Assembly (NCBI GenBank): GCA_021414205.1
Contig: JAIOOW010000003.1
Coordinates: 364,365 to 428,364 of the forward strand
Reading direction: 5' to 3'
DNA: 64,000 bases
DNA from: Candidatus Anderseniibacteriota bacterium
GTDB taxonomy: Bacteria; Patescibacteriota; Andersenbacteria; UBA10190
Position numbers and translations under genes: made by a program. Shown here piece by piece: positions 35,489 through 45,157 of this stretch. The first letter of the stretch is position 1; every line of letters starts with the position of its first letter. The notes under the pieces are model-generated. The model was not told the origin of the DNA. It saw nothing but the letters and a program-made list of their open reading frames with translations, and ran no database searches.

Positions 35489-36758
35489 ATGGAAGGTTTG
35501 CAGGAGGGTTTTTATGACCAGCCTTTGCCCGATCAACTCCAGGGGTTGTTACATACTTCACTGGGAAATGGTATATGGTTGCCAGCTCTTCAGCATTCAT
35601 AATCTGTCCGGAATCTGTTCCAAAAAAATCCCGCCACTGAAAATTCAGCAAAGCATTGCGTTCTTTTAACCATCTGCGCCGATCTTTCATGAAAAATCCA
35701 GGACCGTTCGTCTTTGTTTCTTTGTCTGGTGAGAAAGAGTTTAAATGCGCTGCCGTAAATTGCTTGAATACGCCGAATCCGCGAGAAATATTTGGCTTTT
35801 TTAATTGTCCTACCGGTGCAATATGCACGACGCGTACTTTCGTTTTGTATCCGTTGCTGGAAATTTTTTGTAAAATAGACTTCATTTTTGCGTCATCGAC
35901 AGGATTGAAGAAGCGAAGAACTTTCTCTTCTTTTTTTGTTTCTATCTCAATAGGACCCTTAAACACTGCTTGAAAGAATTCGCTCGGAAGCGCGGAGATG
36001 AATTCTTTTGCGTTGTCCCACATACCCGGCTTTGGTTTTGAAGCTTGTCCTGAAATTTCTGCAATTTTTTTCTCTCCTCTTTTCTCCCACTTTTTAATAT
36101 CGCTTCCGGAGATGGGGCGAACAAGCACCTGGACCCAGAATTCCTCGCCTGGCTCCACGTTTGTGAGTGTTTCCAAAATGATCTGCATCGGATCAACAAA
36201 CGGAATATTTTCCGCTAAGCTTGCTTCGAATTCCTTGTATGTCTTTATAGGAAGGATGTCATCCTCCGTAAGAATAATATCGGCTCCCCACATCTCGAAT
36301 TTAGTTCGCAAATCCTCAACATTATATCGCTGAGTATAATCTTCTACTTCCTGGATATCTGCCTTTGGGTATTGCGCGTATATAATTGCCTCAAATAATC
36401 GTCTATGTGCGGTTGGTATAACGATAATAAACTTTGCTGATTGTTGGGTGCAGTATATCTCGAAGCTGGCCCATGCTTCTAGATATCCGTCAAAATATTT
36501 TTCGTTGATATCGGGGCCCTTGTGTATGCCTCCCATAACTTCAAAGATAACTTCCATAGAGCGAGGCGTTTCCTCCGTTTCTTCGGGGAGAGTGATTTGG
36601 TAGAATGTCCATTCGATGGCGCTCACATAGTCCACCATTTTTAGGAGGAGATATGTTTTCCATGCGATCCACATAACCATCCAGACCACAAGAAGCCATC
36701 CGAATGTGAGGATAGTCGGCCCAAATTGCTGAGCAAAATCAGAGAAGGTGTACTCCAT
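35481..36758 (-). CDS. Membrane-anchored partner of the VirD4-like ATPase
   Basis: N-terminal TM; SFEI, IYAQYP, PIKTY and EELATIYHFP; stop overlaps the ATPase start. Confidence 0.75.
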   Translation of the reverse strand: MEYTFSDFAQQFGPTILTFGWLLVVWMVMWIAWKTYLLLKMVDYVSAIEWTFYQITLPEETEETPRSMEVIFEVMGGIHKGPDINEKYFDGYLEAWASFEIYCTQQSAKFIIVIPTAHRRLFEAIIYAQYPKADIQEVEDYTQRYNVEDLRTKFEMWGADIILTEDDILPIKTYKEFEASLAENIPFVDPMQIILETLTNVEPGEEFWVQVLVRPISGSDIKKWEKRGEKKIAEISGQASKPKPGMWDNAKEFISALPSEFFQAVFKGPIEIETKKEEKVLRFFNPVDDAKMKSILQKISSNGYKTKVRVVHIAPVGQLKKPNISRGFGVFKQFTAAHLNSFSPDKETKTNGPGFFMKDRRRWLKERNALLNFQWRDFFGTDSGQIMNAEELATIYHFPVKYVTTPGVDRAKAGHKNPPANLPYA

Positions 36759-36791
36759 TCCCCTATTGTACTGCAAATTTTCGTTTAATGC

Positions 36792-37811
36792 TTACGCGAG
36801 CGTGTATAAATCGTTTTCTGCTTTTTTGAACTTCGTATTGTTCTGCAACGATAGCAATACCGTATTTTTCTTTACCATTCGCTGTTTGAGCACTGCTTGA
36901 AGAAGCTCGTCTTTAGACATCGGCTTTCCTGTTTCTTTCAAGATGGAAATCAGCACGTCGGCAACAGTTCCTGCCATAAAGCCCCATTCTTTGAGTCCGT
37001 ACAATCCTCGTCCAACTAATACGAATCGGCCATCTTTAATAAGTTCGTTATGAACGGTTTGTGGGTTTGCTTTCTTGTGATCGAAGCTTGCTTGGTTAAT
37101 CATTTCGGTGATTTCTCGGAAATGCGCAGGTTTGCCATTGCGTCGAAGAACTGCGAATGCTTTGTCGCCTACACCGCGAGGTGAAGTTTCTGCCCAGCCG
37201 ATAAGTCCCCAGTCCCCGAATGCTGTAGGAGAAATATTCTTGCTTGCGTGCAGAGCTGCATGAATATGCGTATCTGGCACTACTGTTCCCTGTGCTGCAG
37301 AACGGATTTCGTTTACGAGTTGCTCGATTGTAATAGGTGCGTTGTTTTTCTTGAGCACTTCCATTGCCATAATAACGATTTTCTCAATATTTTCATGGAG
37401 TGATGCTGGGTGTTGCCAATGAGTTTCAAAGAGAGAGGTTGGCGCAACAGTCGTAAATGATGGAAGAATCGTTAAGAAGAAATGAATAGTATGAGCATCA
37501 ACTGCCTGACCTGTTCGTTCTTGAATGACATTCACTGCGTGAGTTTCGGACATTAATCCGCCGTGCTCTGCAAAAATATCTGCAAGCATCTGCTCTGCTG
37601 AAGCAAGAAGGTCTCGCATCGAGGTAAGCTCTTTTTTTGCATTTGCTTCAATTTGTCGAACGCGCTCTCGAGTAATTCGGTACTCTTTTCCAATGCTTTC
37701 TAGTGTTTCTTTTTCTTCTTTTCCAATACCAAAACGACGGACAATAATATCGCGAGAGCGAGTGTCGAGGCGCGCAAGCAAATCTTCGGCTGTCTTAGAG
37801 AAATTAATCAT
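36792..37811 (-). CDS. Sigma-70 region-4-like HTH plus winged-helix (HARE-HTH-like) protein
   Basis: RRFG...ETLESIGKEYRITRERVRQIE; TVHNELIKDGRFVLVGRGLYGL. Confidence 0.8.
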   Translation of the reverse strand: MINFSKTAEDLLARLDTRSRDIIVRRFGIGKEEKETLESIGKEYRITRERVRQIEANAKKELTSMRDLLASAEQMLADIFAEHGGLMSETHAVNVIQERTGQAVDAHTIHFFLTILPSFTTVAPTSLFETHWQHPASLHENIEKIVIMAMEVLKKNNAPITIEQLVNEIRSAAQGTVVPDTHIHAALHASKNISPTAFGDWGLIGWAETSPRGVGDKAFAVLRRNGKPAHFREITEMINQASFDHKKANPQTVHNELIKDGRFVLVGRGLYGLKEWGFMAGTVADVLISILKETGKPMSKDELLQAVLKQRMVKKNTVLLSLQNNTKFKKAENDLYTLA

Positions 37812-37917
37812 ATATACCTTTTTAGCATATCATGTAAATATTGTCAATATAGCACTAACAACTTATGACTATACTACGTATTATTTGATATGTCTAGTAT
37901 GGCAAAGTTGGATACTG

Positions 37918-39162
37918 TCAACTTTTCTTGACAATGGCTCGCATTCTGCCATCGAGCGTACCGGCACTGAAAATAATTGCTATACAAGGCTTTTTTTGAG
38001 CTATTGACTCGGTAAGTTTCGTATCATCGAATATGCATTCTGCGGGCGTATTTTTAGCCTCAATGGCATCCTGTAATCTGTAGGCGTCTTCTAATGACTG
38101 CTCGTCTCGGCCGGTGGGGATAAACGGTTTTGTGATGATTACTTCGTCTGCTTGAGCCAATGCATCGGCGAAATTGTCAAAAAACGTATGAAGTCGCTTC
38201 GGCATATGGGCTTCAAATACCGCAACAATATGTGCTCCTGGCGCAAATTCGCGCGCTCCTTGCAATGTTGCTTGTATTTCTGCGGGATGATGGCCGTAAT
38301 CCGATCGAATTTCAACCTTCCCAACAGTTCCGAGTAGTTCAAATCTGCGCGCTAGCCCTGGGAATGTTGTAAGTGATGTAATTGCCCGTTTTCTGTCTAC
38401 TCCCAATTTTTCTGCCAGCGCAACGGCGAGGCTGGCATTTTGCCGCATGTGTTTGCCTGGCAAAGGAACGCGAAGCTTTTCTTCCTCAGATGTTGGAATG
38501 ATGTGCGTATCTACTGGCCATGAAATATTCATATGCGCACTATGTTCTGTTTCGGGAACAAAAATAGAACCTCCTGGCTTGAGTGATTGCATGAAATGTT
38601 CGTACGATTTCTCCACATCCGCTAATCCGGTAAATGCGTCGGGGTGGTCGTAGTCAATCGATGTAATGATGATGTCGTTCGGCGCGAGTGCGTAAAAGTG
38701 ATTGCGGTATTCATCTGCTTCTACTACGAAATACTTTCCTTTGCCGTATCGTGCATGCTTCCCTGGTAGGCTTGGCATTGAGGCGCCGACTACAACTGTC
38801 GGATCGAGTCCCGCTTCAATGAGAATGTGCGCAAGGAATGCGGTAGTAGATGACTTACCGTGCGTGCCGGTAACAGCAAGCGTGTGATAGTGGCTTGTAA
38901 TATGCCCTAGAAATTCATGATAGGCCGATTCTGTTTTCCCAGTCTTCCTGAATGCGGCGCGCAAAGGATGCTCAAACGGTGCGGCATCCGTATATATGAG
39001 CGATGTAATTTCGGGAAGCTTTTCAAGAACTTCTGCTTGTGTGTATTTCGAAAATTCTGGATTATCGTCATATCCAACAACGGTCATGCCGTCTTGTTCT
39101 GCAAGGTATGCAACTGCGCGCATGCCAGCTCCGCCAATTCCAACAAAAAGTAATGTTTCCAT
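37918..39162 (-). CDS. murC: UDP-N-acetylmuramate--L-alanine ligase
   Basis: GIGGAGM, GTHGKSSTT, EADEY, DYDHPD and DYGHHP motifs. Confidence 0.92.
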   Translation of the reverse strand: METLLFVGIGGAGMRAVAYLAEQDGMTVVGYDDNPEFSKYTQAEVLEKLPEITSLIYTDAAPFEHPLRAAFRKTGKTESAYHEFLGHITSHYHTLAVTGTHGKSSTTAFLAHILIEAGLDPTVVVGASMPSLPGKHARYGKGKYFVVEADEYRNHFYALAPNDIIITSIDYDHPDAFTGLADVEKSYEHFMQSLKPGGSIFVPETEHSAHMNISWPVDTHIIPTSEEEKLRVPLPGKHMRQNASLAVALAEKLGVDRKRAITSLTTFPGLARRFELLGTVGKVEIRSDYGHHPAEIQATLQGAREFAPGAHIVAVFEAHMPKRLHTFFDNFADALAQADEVIITKPFIPTGRDEQSLEDAYRLQDAIEAKNTPAECIFDDTKLTESIAQKKPCIAIIFSAGTLDGRMRAIVKKS

Positions 39163-39165
39163 ATA

Positions 39166-40341
39166 TTATTTCTTGCTTGGAAGATACCCGGATGCGAGTT
39201 CGAGAGCAAGTGTTGCGATATCGAGTGCGGCATGAGGAAAATCCAGTGCTTTGATATTCTCTATAATTGCAGTCCTGAGTTGCTGATCGGTTATGAGTCG
39301 CTCCACCTCTTGGGTGAGTAGGTGCGGGCTCACGTTTGTGGGGTCGAGTACAAGCGCTGCCCCAGCAGCTTCGAATGCTAATGCATTTTTGCGCTGATGA
39401 TCGTTTGCTGCCCCATCTAGCGGGATAATGAGGCTTGGGATTCTGAGGCTTGCGATTTCTGCGAGACTTGACGCTCCTGCGCGCGTGACTGCACTGTCTG
39501 ATGCCATGAGTGCTTGTGTCATTTTTGCGCCTTTTAGAGTTGGAAACGATTTGTACATATCTTTTCGCGGAGATTTCGCTAAGAATTCCTGAGAGACTTT
39601 CTCAATGGCAACATGGTGTGCTTCCCCTGTTATATGGATAATTGTCATATTTCCAATGAGTTCGGGAAGCGATGCAATGAGCGCATCGTTTATCTGCTGG
39701 GCGCCCTGGCTTCCTCCCATAACTAGAAGTACATGCTCTTCGGCAGGAATTCCAAATTCCTGCTTGGATTCTTTTTTTCTATCGTCTGAAATGAGCGTTC
39801 TGGTTGGAGTGCCTGTCACAAACAATTTTTTCTCATACTGTTGCAAATATTGGCGAGAAACGGCGAATCCGAGCGTTATGGCAGCGGCAAATCGCATCAC
39901 GAACGCATTTGAGGATCCCGGAACTACATCCGATTCATGTAATAAAATGGGTATCCTATAGATAATCGCCGCAATGCATACCGGCATGCTTGCGTATCCC
40001 CCCTTACTCACAACAACATCCGGCATAATCTTCCACATTTGAATTAGTGCAATAACAATTCCTAGCGGCAATCGGAACGCAATATCTAGAATATTCATTG
40101 CGGATGCGTACCTGCGCATTTTCCCGGACGGAATGTTGTATGTAGGAACTTGATAGCGATTAAAGAATTCCGTTGCTTCTGCGGTAACAATTCCTAGAAA
40201 ATAAATTTCTAACAGTTCCGGATCGGTAAATCCTGGGAATGTGGACTGTTTCTCTGTAAACGTCGAGCGTAAAGCTTCTACAATAGATTCGAACGGCATA
40301 ATGTGTCCGCCAGTGCCTCCTCCTGTAAGTACGATGCGCAT
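39166..40341 (-). CDS. murG: Lipid II N-acetylglucosaminyltransferase
   Basis: GGGTGGH, KGGYAS, GGSQGA, RAGA and HQRKNA motifs. Confidence 0.95.
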   Translation of the reverse strand: MRIVLTGGGTGGHIMPFESIVEALRSTFTEKQSTFPGFTDPELLEIYFLGIVTAEATEFFNRYQVPTYNIPSGKMRRYASAMNILDIAFRLPLGIVIALIQMWKIMPDVVVSKGGYASMPVCIAAIIYRIPILLHESDVVPGSSNAFVMRFAAAITLGFAVSRQYLQQYEKKLFVTGTPTRTLISDDRKKESKQEFGIPAEEHVLLVMGGSQGAQQINDALIASLPELIGNMTIIHITGEAHHVAIEKVSQEFLAKSPRKDMYKSFPTLKGAKMTQALMASDSAVTRAGASSLAEIASLRIPSLIIPLDGAANDHQRKNALAFEAAGAALVLDPTNVSPHLLTQEVERLITDQQLRTAIIENIKALDFPHAALDIATLALELASGYLPSKK

Positions 40342-40343
40342 AG

Positions 40344-41450
40344 CTATTTAGAAGTATACTTGGAAATGTTTAATAGCACACCGGATACGAACAAAAGTGC
40401 GATTAACGCTGATCCGCCATAGCTAATAAATGGTAATGGAATTCCGGTAAGCGGAGTAATGGCCATTACCGATGCCATATTAACGAATGCTTGTACGAGA
40501 ATCCATGACGTAATGCCCGTTGCCAGCAATCTCCCAAACATGTCCGGAGCTGCTTCGGCGATTTTGTATCCCCGATAAATAATGACTGCGAATGCGAGCA
40601 ATAGGATAACAACGCGGATAAATCCAAGTTCTTCAGCAATAACGGCAAAAATGGAGTCCCCTGCTGGTTCCGGTAAATAGCTGTATTTTTGACGACTTCG
40701 TCCAAAGCCGAGACCCCATAATCCTCCAGTTCCTACGGCGAGCAAGGCCTGATTAATTTGATATCCAATGCCCTGAGGGTCTAATTCTGGATGCAGGTAT
40801 ACGAATAAGCGAGCCAGTCTGTAATGCGCAGTACTAATAAGGACGGAAAATGCTGCAATGCCTCCAAGTCCGATAAATGCCAAGTGTCGTATGCGAATGC
40901 CGGCAGAAAACATCATAGAAATTCCTATTGCTGTAATGGTGAATAACGTACCGATATCTGGTTGGAGAATAATTAATAAGCTAATCACAGATGTGATAAC
41001 TAAGAACGGCACAACGCTTTTTTTGAAATCTTTGATTTCGGATCCTTTCTTTTCCAGTAACGCCGCCAAGTATAAAATGAATCCAAGTTTTGCAAGTTCG
41101 CTTGGCTGCAGCGTGATCGGTCCTACTCCAATCCATCGGGCAGATCCTCCTGATACTATCTTTAAGCCAGGAATAAATACCATAACGAGCAAGATGAGTG
41201 CGATAATGATTGCAGGCACCGCGATTTTTCGTAGTTTATGGTATGGCGTATAGAATCCGATTAAGAACGCAATTATCCCCACTAACAATCCGTAGATTGA
41301 TTGATGCTTTAAGAAATAAAATGCATCTCCTCCTCGAAACTGTTCTCCTAATACAGATGATGCAGAACCAACCATGATAATGCCGAAGACCACCAGTCCG
41401 AAAATGGTAACTAGAAGGATTCCATCTGCCCGCCCTTTTGCCTGAGCCAT
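40344..41450 (-). CDS. ftsW: SEDS protein FtsW
   Basis: QPSELAK, QPDIGT, GYQ and TGIPLPFISYGGS motifs; adjacent to murG. Confidence 0.92.
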   Translation of the reverse strand: MAQAKGRADGILLVTIFGLVVFGIIMVGSASSVLGEQFRGGDAFYFLKHQSIYGLLVGIIAFLIGFYTPYHKLRKIAVPAIIIALILLVMVFIPGLKIVSGGSARWIGVGPITLQPSELAKLGFILYLAALLEKKGSEIKDFKKSVVPFLVITSVISLLIILQPDIGTLFTITAIGISMMFSAGIRIRHLAFIGLGGIAAFSVLISTAHYRLARLFVYLHPELDPQGIGYQINQALLAVGTGGLWGLGFGRSRQKYSYLPEPAGDSIFAVIAEELGFIRVVILLLAFAVIIYRGYKIAEAAPDMFGRLLATGITSWILVQAFVNMASVMAITPLTGIPLPFISYGGSALIALLFVSGVLLNISKYTSK

Positions 41451-41467
41451 AGGTATTAGTATACATG

Positions 41468-41496
41468 AAAAAGAAATCCCCGGCCGGTGGTCGGGG
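41468..41496 (-). terminator. Intrinsic terminator after the orphan, abutting the ftsW promoter
   Basis: CCCCGACC-ACC-GGCCGGGG followed by ATTTCTTTTT on the minus strand. Confidence 0.7.
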
Positions 41497-41501
41497 GTGT
41501 G

Positions 41502-41891
41502 TTACGTCTCTTGCATATTCTTCAGAACTTCCTGAAGAGCGCAATTCTCTGGCTTTGTTCCGCATGTCGATATCCACGTGCTCGTTTTCGGGTCTCCAAT
41601 AAGGGTTGCAAGTCTCTTGATAAGGCATTCAACAATTACGCAGGCAGAAAGATAAGTTATCGGACGTTGCAGTCTCTCGGCAGCCACTTCTGCGAGATAA
41701 TTCGTTTCTTGTCGAAGGTTAGTCTTGAGATTAAAATCATCCATGCCTGATTCGTCGAATTGCTTGAGAAGCTTGTATGCCGTACAAAAAACGGTGATAT
41801 TTTCAAGTCTCTGATTCGGATTTTCTCCGCATTGATGAATAATCGCTAGTCGCAGATATTGCGTGAAGGGACCATACAAGTATTTTGCCAT
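41502..41891 (-). CDS. Hypothetical protein (orphan, ~129 aa)
   Basis: Start moved to ATG 41891 (AAGGA SD); own terminator. Confidence 0.55.
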   Translation of the reverse strand: MAKYLYGPFTQYLRLAIIHQCGENPNQRLENITVFCTAYKLLKQFDESGMDDFNLKTNLRQETNYLAEVAAERLQRPITYLSACVIVECLIKRLATLIGDPKTSTWISTCGTKPENCALQEVLKNMQET

Positions 41892-42069
41892 GTTTCGGAT
41901 CCTTTCTGGAAAAGAACAGTCTAAATATGCGCCTATATTTGGTATGCGCTTTGCAATGGTAAGAGTCAATATGGTTTCCGGTTGCTATTTCCAGAAGATT
42001 CGCGTACAACTATGTATTGTCTATGAATGGCTTGTTCTTTACCTGCGTAATACTAGAGAGGGCGTTTCT

Positions 42070-42654
42070 ATGCTAGATCAAAATAGTGCCATTGGCTGGG
42101 TTCGTATTGCGGGGAGTGCAGAAGCAATCGCTCGAGCTACTCCGCCGTATTGGAGGCTCACTCCTAACGTTTCTGGTGAAGTAAAGCAGCAACTCGTGCA
42201 TGAAGTTCGAGTTACTGGTACTGCAGACGGAGTAAATATGGTTGACGGAATGGAGCAAGGAGCAAGTTTTCTTCTCTGGTTTCAGATGTATGGGTCATGG
42301 TCTGTCGTAAGCGACGATGGAAAACATGTACTCGTTATTGATCTCCAAAAAGTTCCAGATGTGGCTTCGTCGATTGTAATGGATCCCGTACAAGAAATTG
42401 TTGGCAAGATCAGCGTGTACGGAGCTCCCGATTTAGCTCGAGCTGGAAACCTTGATCGATGGAGGTGCGTTGTAAACGGAAGAGAATTTCTTGTTCAATC
42501 GATGCGCGTATATGGAGAAGTCACTCACGACAATTTTCAAACCGTCGAGAATGTGTCCCCAGAAAATCGGGCAAAGTATCGCCAACAATGGCTGTCGTTT
42601 AATGGAGTGTTGCGCACAGACATTGAAGGAAATGCCTCGATAGAGGTTAGATGA
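42070..42654 (+). CDS. Hypothetical protein with internally duplicated ~95-aa beta-rich domain
   Basis: GAGGG SD; the two halves share G.+.+.G....WR....LV..+RV.G....N...W....G. Confidence 0.7.
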   Translation: MLDQNSAIGWVRIAGSAEAIARATPPYWRLTPNVSGEVKQQLVHEVRVTGTADGVNMVDGMEQGASFLLWFQMYGSWSVVSDDGKHVLVIDLQKVPDVASSIVMDPVQEIVGKISVYGAPDLARAGNLDRWRCVVNGREFLVQSMRVYGEVTHDNFQTVENVSPENRAKYRQQWLSFNGVLRTDIEGNASIEVR

Positions 42655-42655
42655 A

Positions 42656-42677
42656 AACACCGCAAGGACGCGGTGTT
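42656..42677. terminator. Bidirectional terminator (orphan/murD)
   Basis: AACACCGC-AAGGAC-GCGGTGTT with T-runs on both strands. Confidence 0.75.
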
Positions 42678-44076
42678 ATTTTTTTAGTTTTTCAACAGCT
42701 TCAATAAACGCATCTCCTCGATCAAATTCATGCAAAAATAGTCCGAAGCTTGTAGCACCCGGAGAAAGCAATACGGTATCGCCTTCTTTTGCAAATTCGG
42801 ATGCGCTAGACACAACTTCTTCCATAGATGAAGCGTAATATGAATGCGCAGGCGTTACCGGAAGAATTTCTTGCTTCATGCGATCAGTCGCCGTTCCAGG
42901 GAGCCAGATGAGGTGCTTGAGATTTTTTTGTTGAGAAATTTGTTGTGCAAGATTTTGAAATTCGAGCGCTTTATCTGAGCCGCCGAGAATAAGTATGAGA
43001 GGATTTTCTTGAATCGATTTAAGTGCTGCGATAGTCGCATCGGGCATTGTCGCAGTTGTATCGTTGATGTATTTCACGCCGCCTATTTCTCGCACTAACT
43101 GCATGCGATGCTTGAGCTGAGGAATTGCTTTGAGTGCCGATGTAATCTGCTGCGGCATTGCGCTATGGAGTAATGCAATTAAAATTGCTGGCAGTTTATT
43201 GCGAAGCTCGTGTGGTGACGAATGAGGAATGTCTAAAGCGGTGCAAATAGTTTGTTCCTGATTATTCCAATTTGTTTTCACGTCTCCCCCATCAACCCAA
43301 ATTCCTAACCCATGTTCTGGCAAAGGTTTTAGTGAATACCAGTATAACTGCCCTTTTACATCTTTCTCCCAAGTTCGAATTATTTCGTCGTCGTAATTTA
43401 GTATCGCAATGTCATCGTGTGTTTGATCTTTTATAATTTGCTTTTTTACCTCGATATATTCTTCATACGAAGAGTAGGTATTCAAGTGGTCTTTATATAT
43501 GGAAGTGCACACTGCAATGTGTGGGCTTATATGTGTTTCTTGTAACGCTTCTAATCTCCAGCTTGAAATTTCAAATACAATTGGACTGGTTTTAGATGAA
43601 ATGGTCTCAAGTTCGCCTAACGGCGATACGCCGTCAATTCCTACGGCAGTAGTTTCTGTGATGAAGTTTTTGAGTGTGTGAAAAATCGCATGCGATGTTG
43701 TCGTCTTTCCTTTTGATCCGGTAATGCCAATGATTCGCTGCCGCCCAACTTGATTGAAAAAAATACTGCTGTCCATCATGACTGGAATATTTTTCTCTCG
43801 AGCTTGTTCTAATAATGGCGCTTTGCGCGGAACTGCAGGATTCCTCAAAACCATATCTACGTCATCTAGATTAATTTCATCCTGACTGCCGAATATATAT
43901 TTTATGCCGGAAATATCTGAAAGCTTTTGTATAGAAGGCTCTAGTTGTTCCTGTGACTTTGTATCTGAAACAGTTATCTGCGCATTTTGAGAAGCAAGCC
44001 ATTTGATATTGCCGATTGCTCCTCCATGCAAACCTAGTCCGAGAACGAGAACATGCTTGCCGACAAAAGAATCCAT
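42676..44076 (-). CDS. murD: UDP-MurNAc-L-Ala--D-glutamate ligase
   Basis: ITGSKGKTTT, EISSW, DHLN, HRMQ and LLSPGATSF..F..EFDRG motifs. Confidence 0.93.
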   Translation of the reverse strand: MDSFVGKHVLVLGLGLHGGAIGNIKWLASQNAQITVSDTKSQEQLEPSIQKLSDISGIKYIFGSQDEINLDDVDMVLRNPAVPRKAPLLEQAREKNIPVMMDSSIFFNQVGRQRIIGITGSKGKTTTSHAIFHTLKNFITETTAVGIDGVSPLGELETISSKTSPIVFEISSWRLEALQETHISPHIAVCTSIYKDHLNTYSSYEEYIEVKKQIIKDQTHDDIAILNYDDEIIRTWEKDVKGQLYWYSLKPLPEHGLGIWVDGGDVKTNWNNQEQTICTALDIPHSSPHELRNKLPAILIALLHSAMPQQITSALKAIPQLKHRMQLVREIGGVKYINDTTATMPDATIAALKSIQENPLILILGGSDKALEFQNLAQQISQQKNLKHLIWLPGTATDRMKQEILPVTPAHSYYASSMEEVVSSASEFAKEGDTVLLSPGATSFGLFLHEFDRGDAFIEAVEKLKK

Positions 44077-44077
44077 A

Positions 44078-45157
44078 TTATTTACCAGCACCCATGCCGA
44101 GTAATCCGATAACAAGCCCAATACTTGCGGAGACCGCAGATACGATCCAGAATCGCATTGTTACTTTTGTCTCAGGCCAGCCGAGCGCTTCAAAGTGATG
44201 ATGAATGGGCGTGGAAAGAAATATTTTCTTATGAAATAGTTTTTTGGATGTCATTTGAACAATGACTGATAGTGATTCTATGACCAATGGAAACGCAATG
44301 ATCGGCAATACTAATGCAGAATTTGTAAGCATTGCAATAATCCCAAGCGTAGTACCTAGGCTCATGGCGCCGGTGTCTCCCATGAAGAATCTGGCGGGAT
44401 ATACGTTGAACCATAAGAACGCAAGGATGCCCCCGGAGATTGCGGCGCACAGCATGGATAATTCTATTCTCCCTAACGCAAATGCTAAGGCGGTGTATGC
44501 AGAAAAGGAAAAGAGCAGCATTCCTCCTGCTAGACCGTCTAATCCGTCTGCTTCATTCACGGAAAATGCGGTTGAAACAATAACGAGCATAAAGAGCGGA
44601 ATGTACCACCATCCGATTTCGAAATCTCCAATGCCCGGTACGTGAATCGTGCTCCAATCAAGCTTAGTATAAAACCACCATGCTCCAAATGCCGCAACTA
44701 TCGTATATAGGAATAAACGATGTTTCATTCTAAGCCCTCCGCCGTGCGGCCCTTTCCCTTTTACGTTTAAATAATCATCAAGCAAGCCAACGAGCGCAGA
44801 GGCTACGAGTGCCCCGAGTGGTAATAGTGTTTGCGGGCGGCTTAGAAAATTAAGCGCATAGGTGAGGTTGGATGGGAATAGCTCGCTTAAAATCCAAAAC
44901 AGAAGCGCAAGAATTGTTACAGTGCCCCAAATGATAATCCCTCCGCCTACGGGAGTGCCTGCTTTTTTTGCGTGGAGCTTGGAGTACAGCGGGGTATTTC
45001 CGGTATTGCGAATATTTTTTCCAAATTTATAGATATACAGAATATTTGTCAGCACGGGCGTGAGCAAGAACGCAATCAAAAACGTGAGCGTGCCGATTCC
45101 GACGATACGCGTTACGTTTGCAACCAAATTTGGATCAGAGAAAGCAATCATGGCCAT
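44078..45157 (-). CDS. mraY: Phospho-N-acetylmuramoyl-pentapeptide transferase
   Basis: KAGTP.GGG, DGLDGL, FMGDTG and PIHHHFE motifs. Confidence 0.96.
   Translation of the reverse strand: MAMIAFSDPNLVANVTRIVGIGTLTFLIAFLLTPVLTNILYIYKFGKNIRNTGNTPLYSKLHAKKAGTPVGGGIIIWGTVTILALLFWILSELFPSNLTYALNFLSRPQTLLPLGALVASALVGLLDDYLNVKGKGPHGGGLRMKHRLFLYTIVAAFGAWWFYTKLDWSTIHVPGIGDFEIGWWYIPLFMLVIVSTAFSVNEADGLDGLAGGMLLFSFSAYTALAFALGRIELSMLCAAISGGILAFLWFNVYPARFFMGDTGAMSLGTTLGIIAMLTNSALVLPIIAFPLVIESLSVIVQMTSKKLFHKKIFLSTPIHHHFEALGWPETKVTMRFWIVSAVSASIGLVIGLLGMGAGK

Noticed and set aside
33575-36758. Conjugative element
   Set aside because: No relaxase, VirB genes, integrase or boundary repeats
37838-37875. Second CIRCE upstream of the sigma-r4-like gene
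   Set aside because: Only a partial left arm (TAGCACT); no matching right arm
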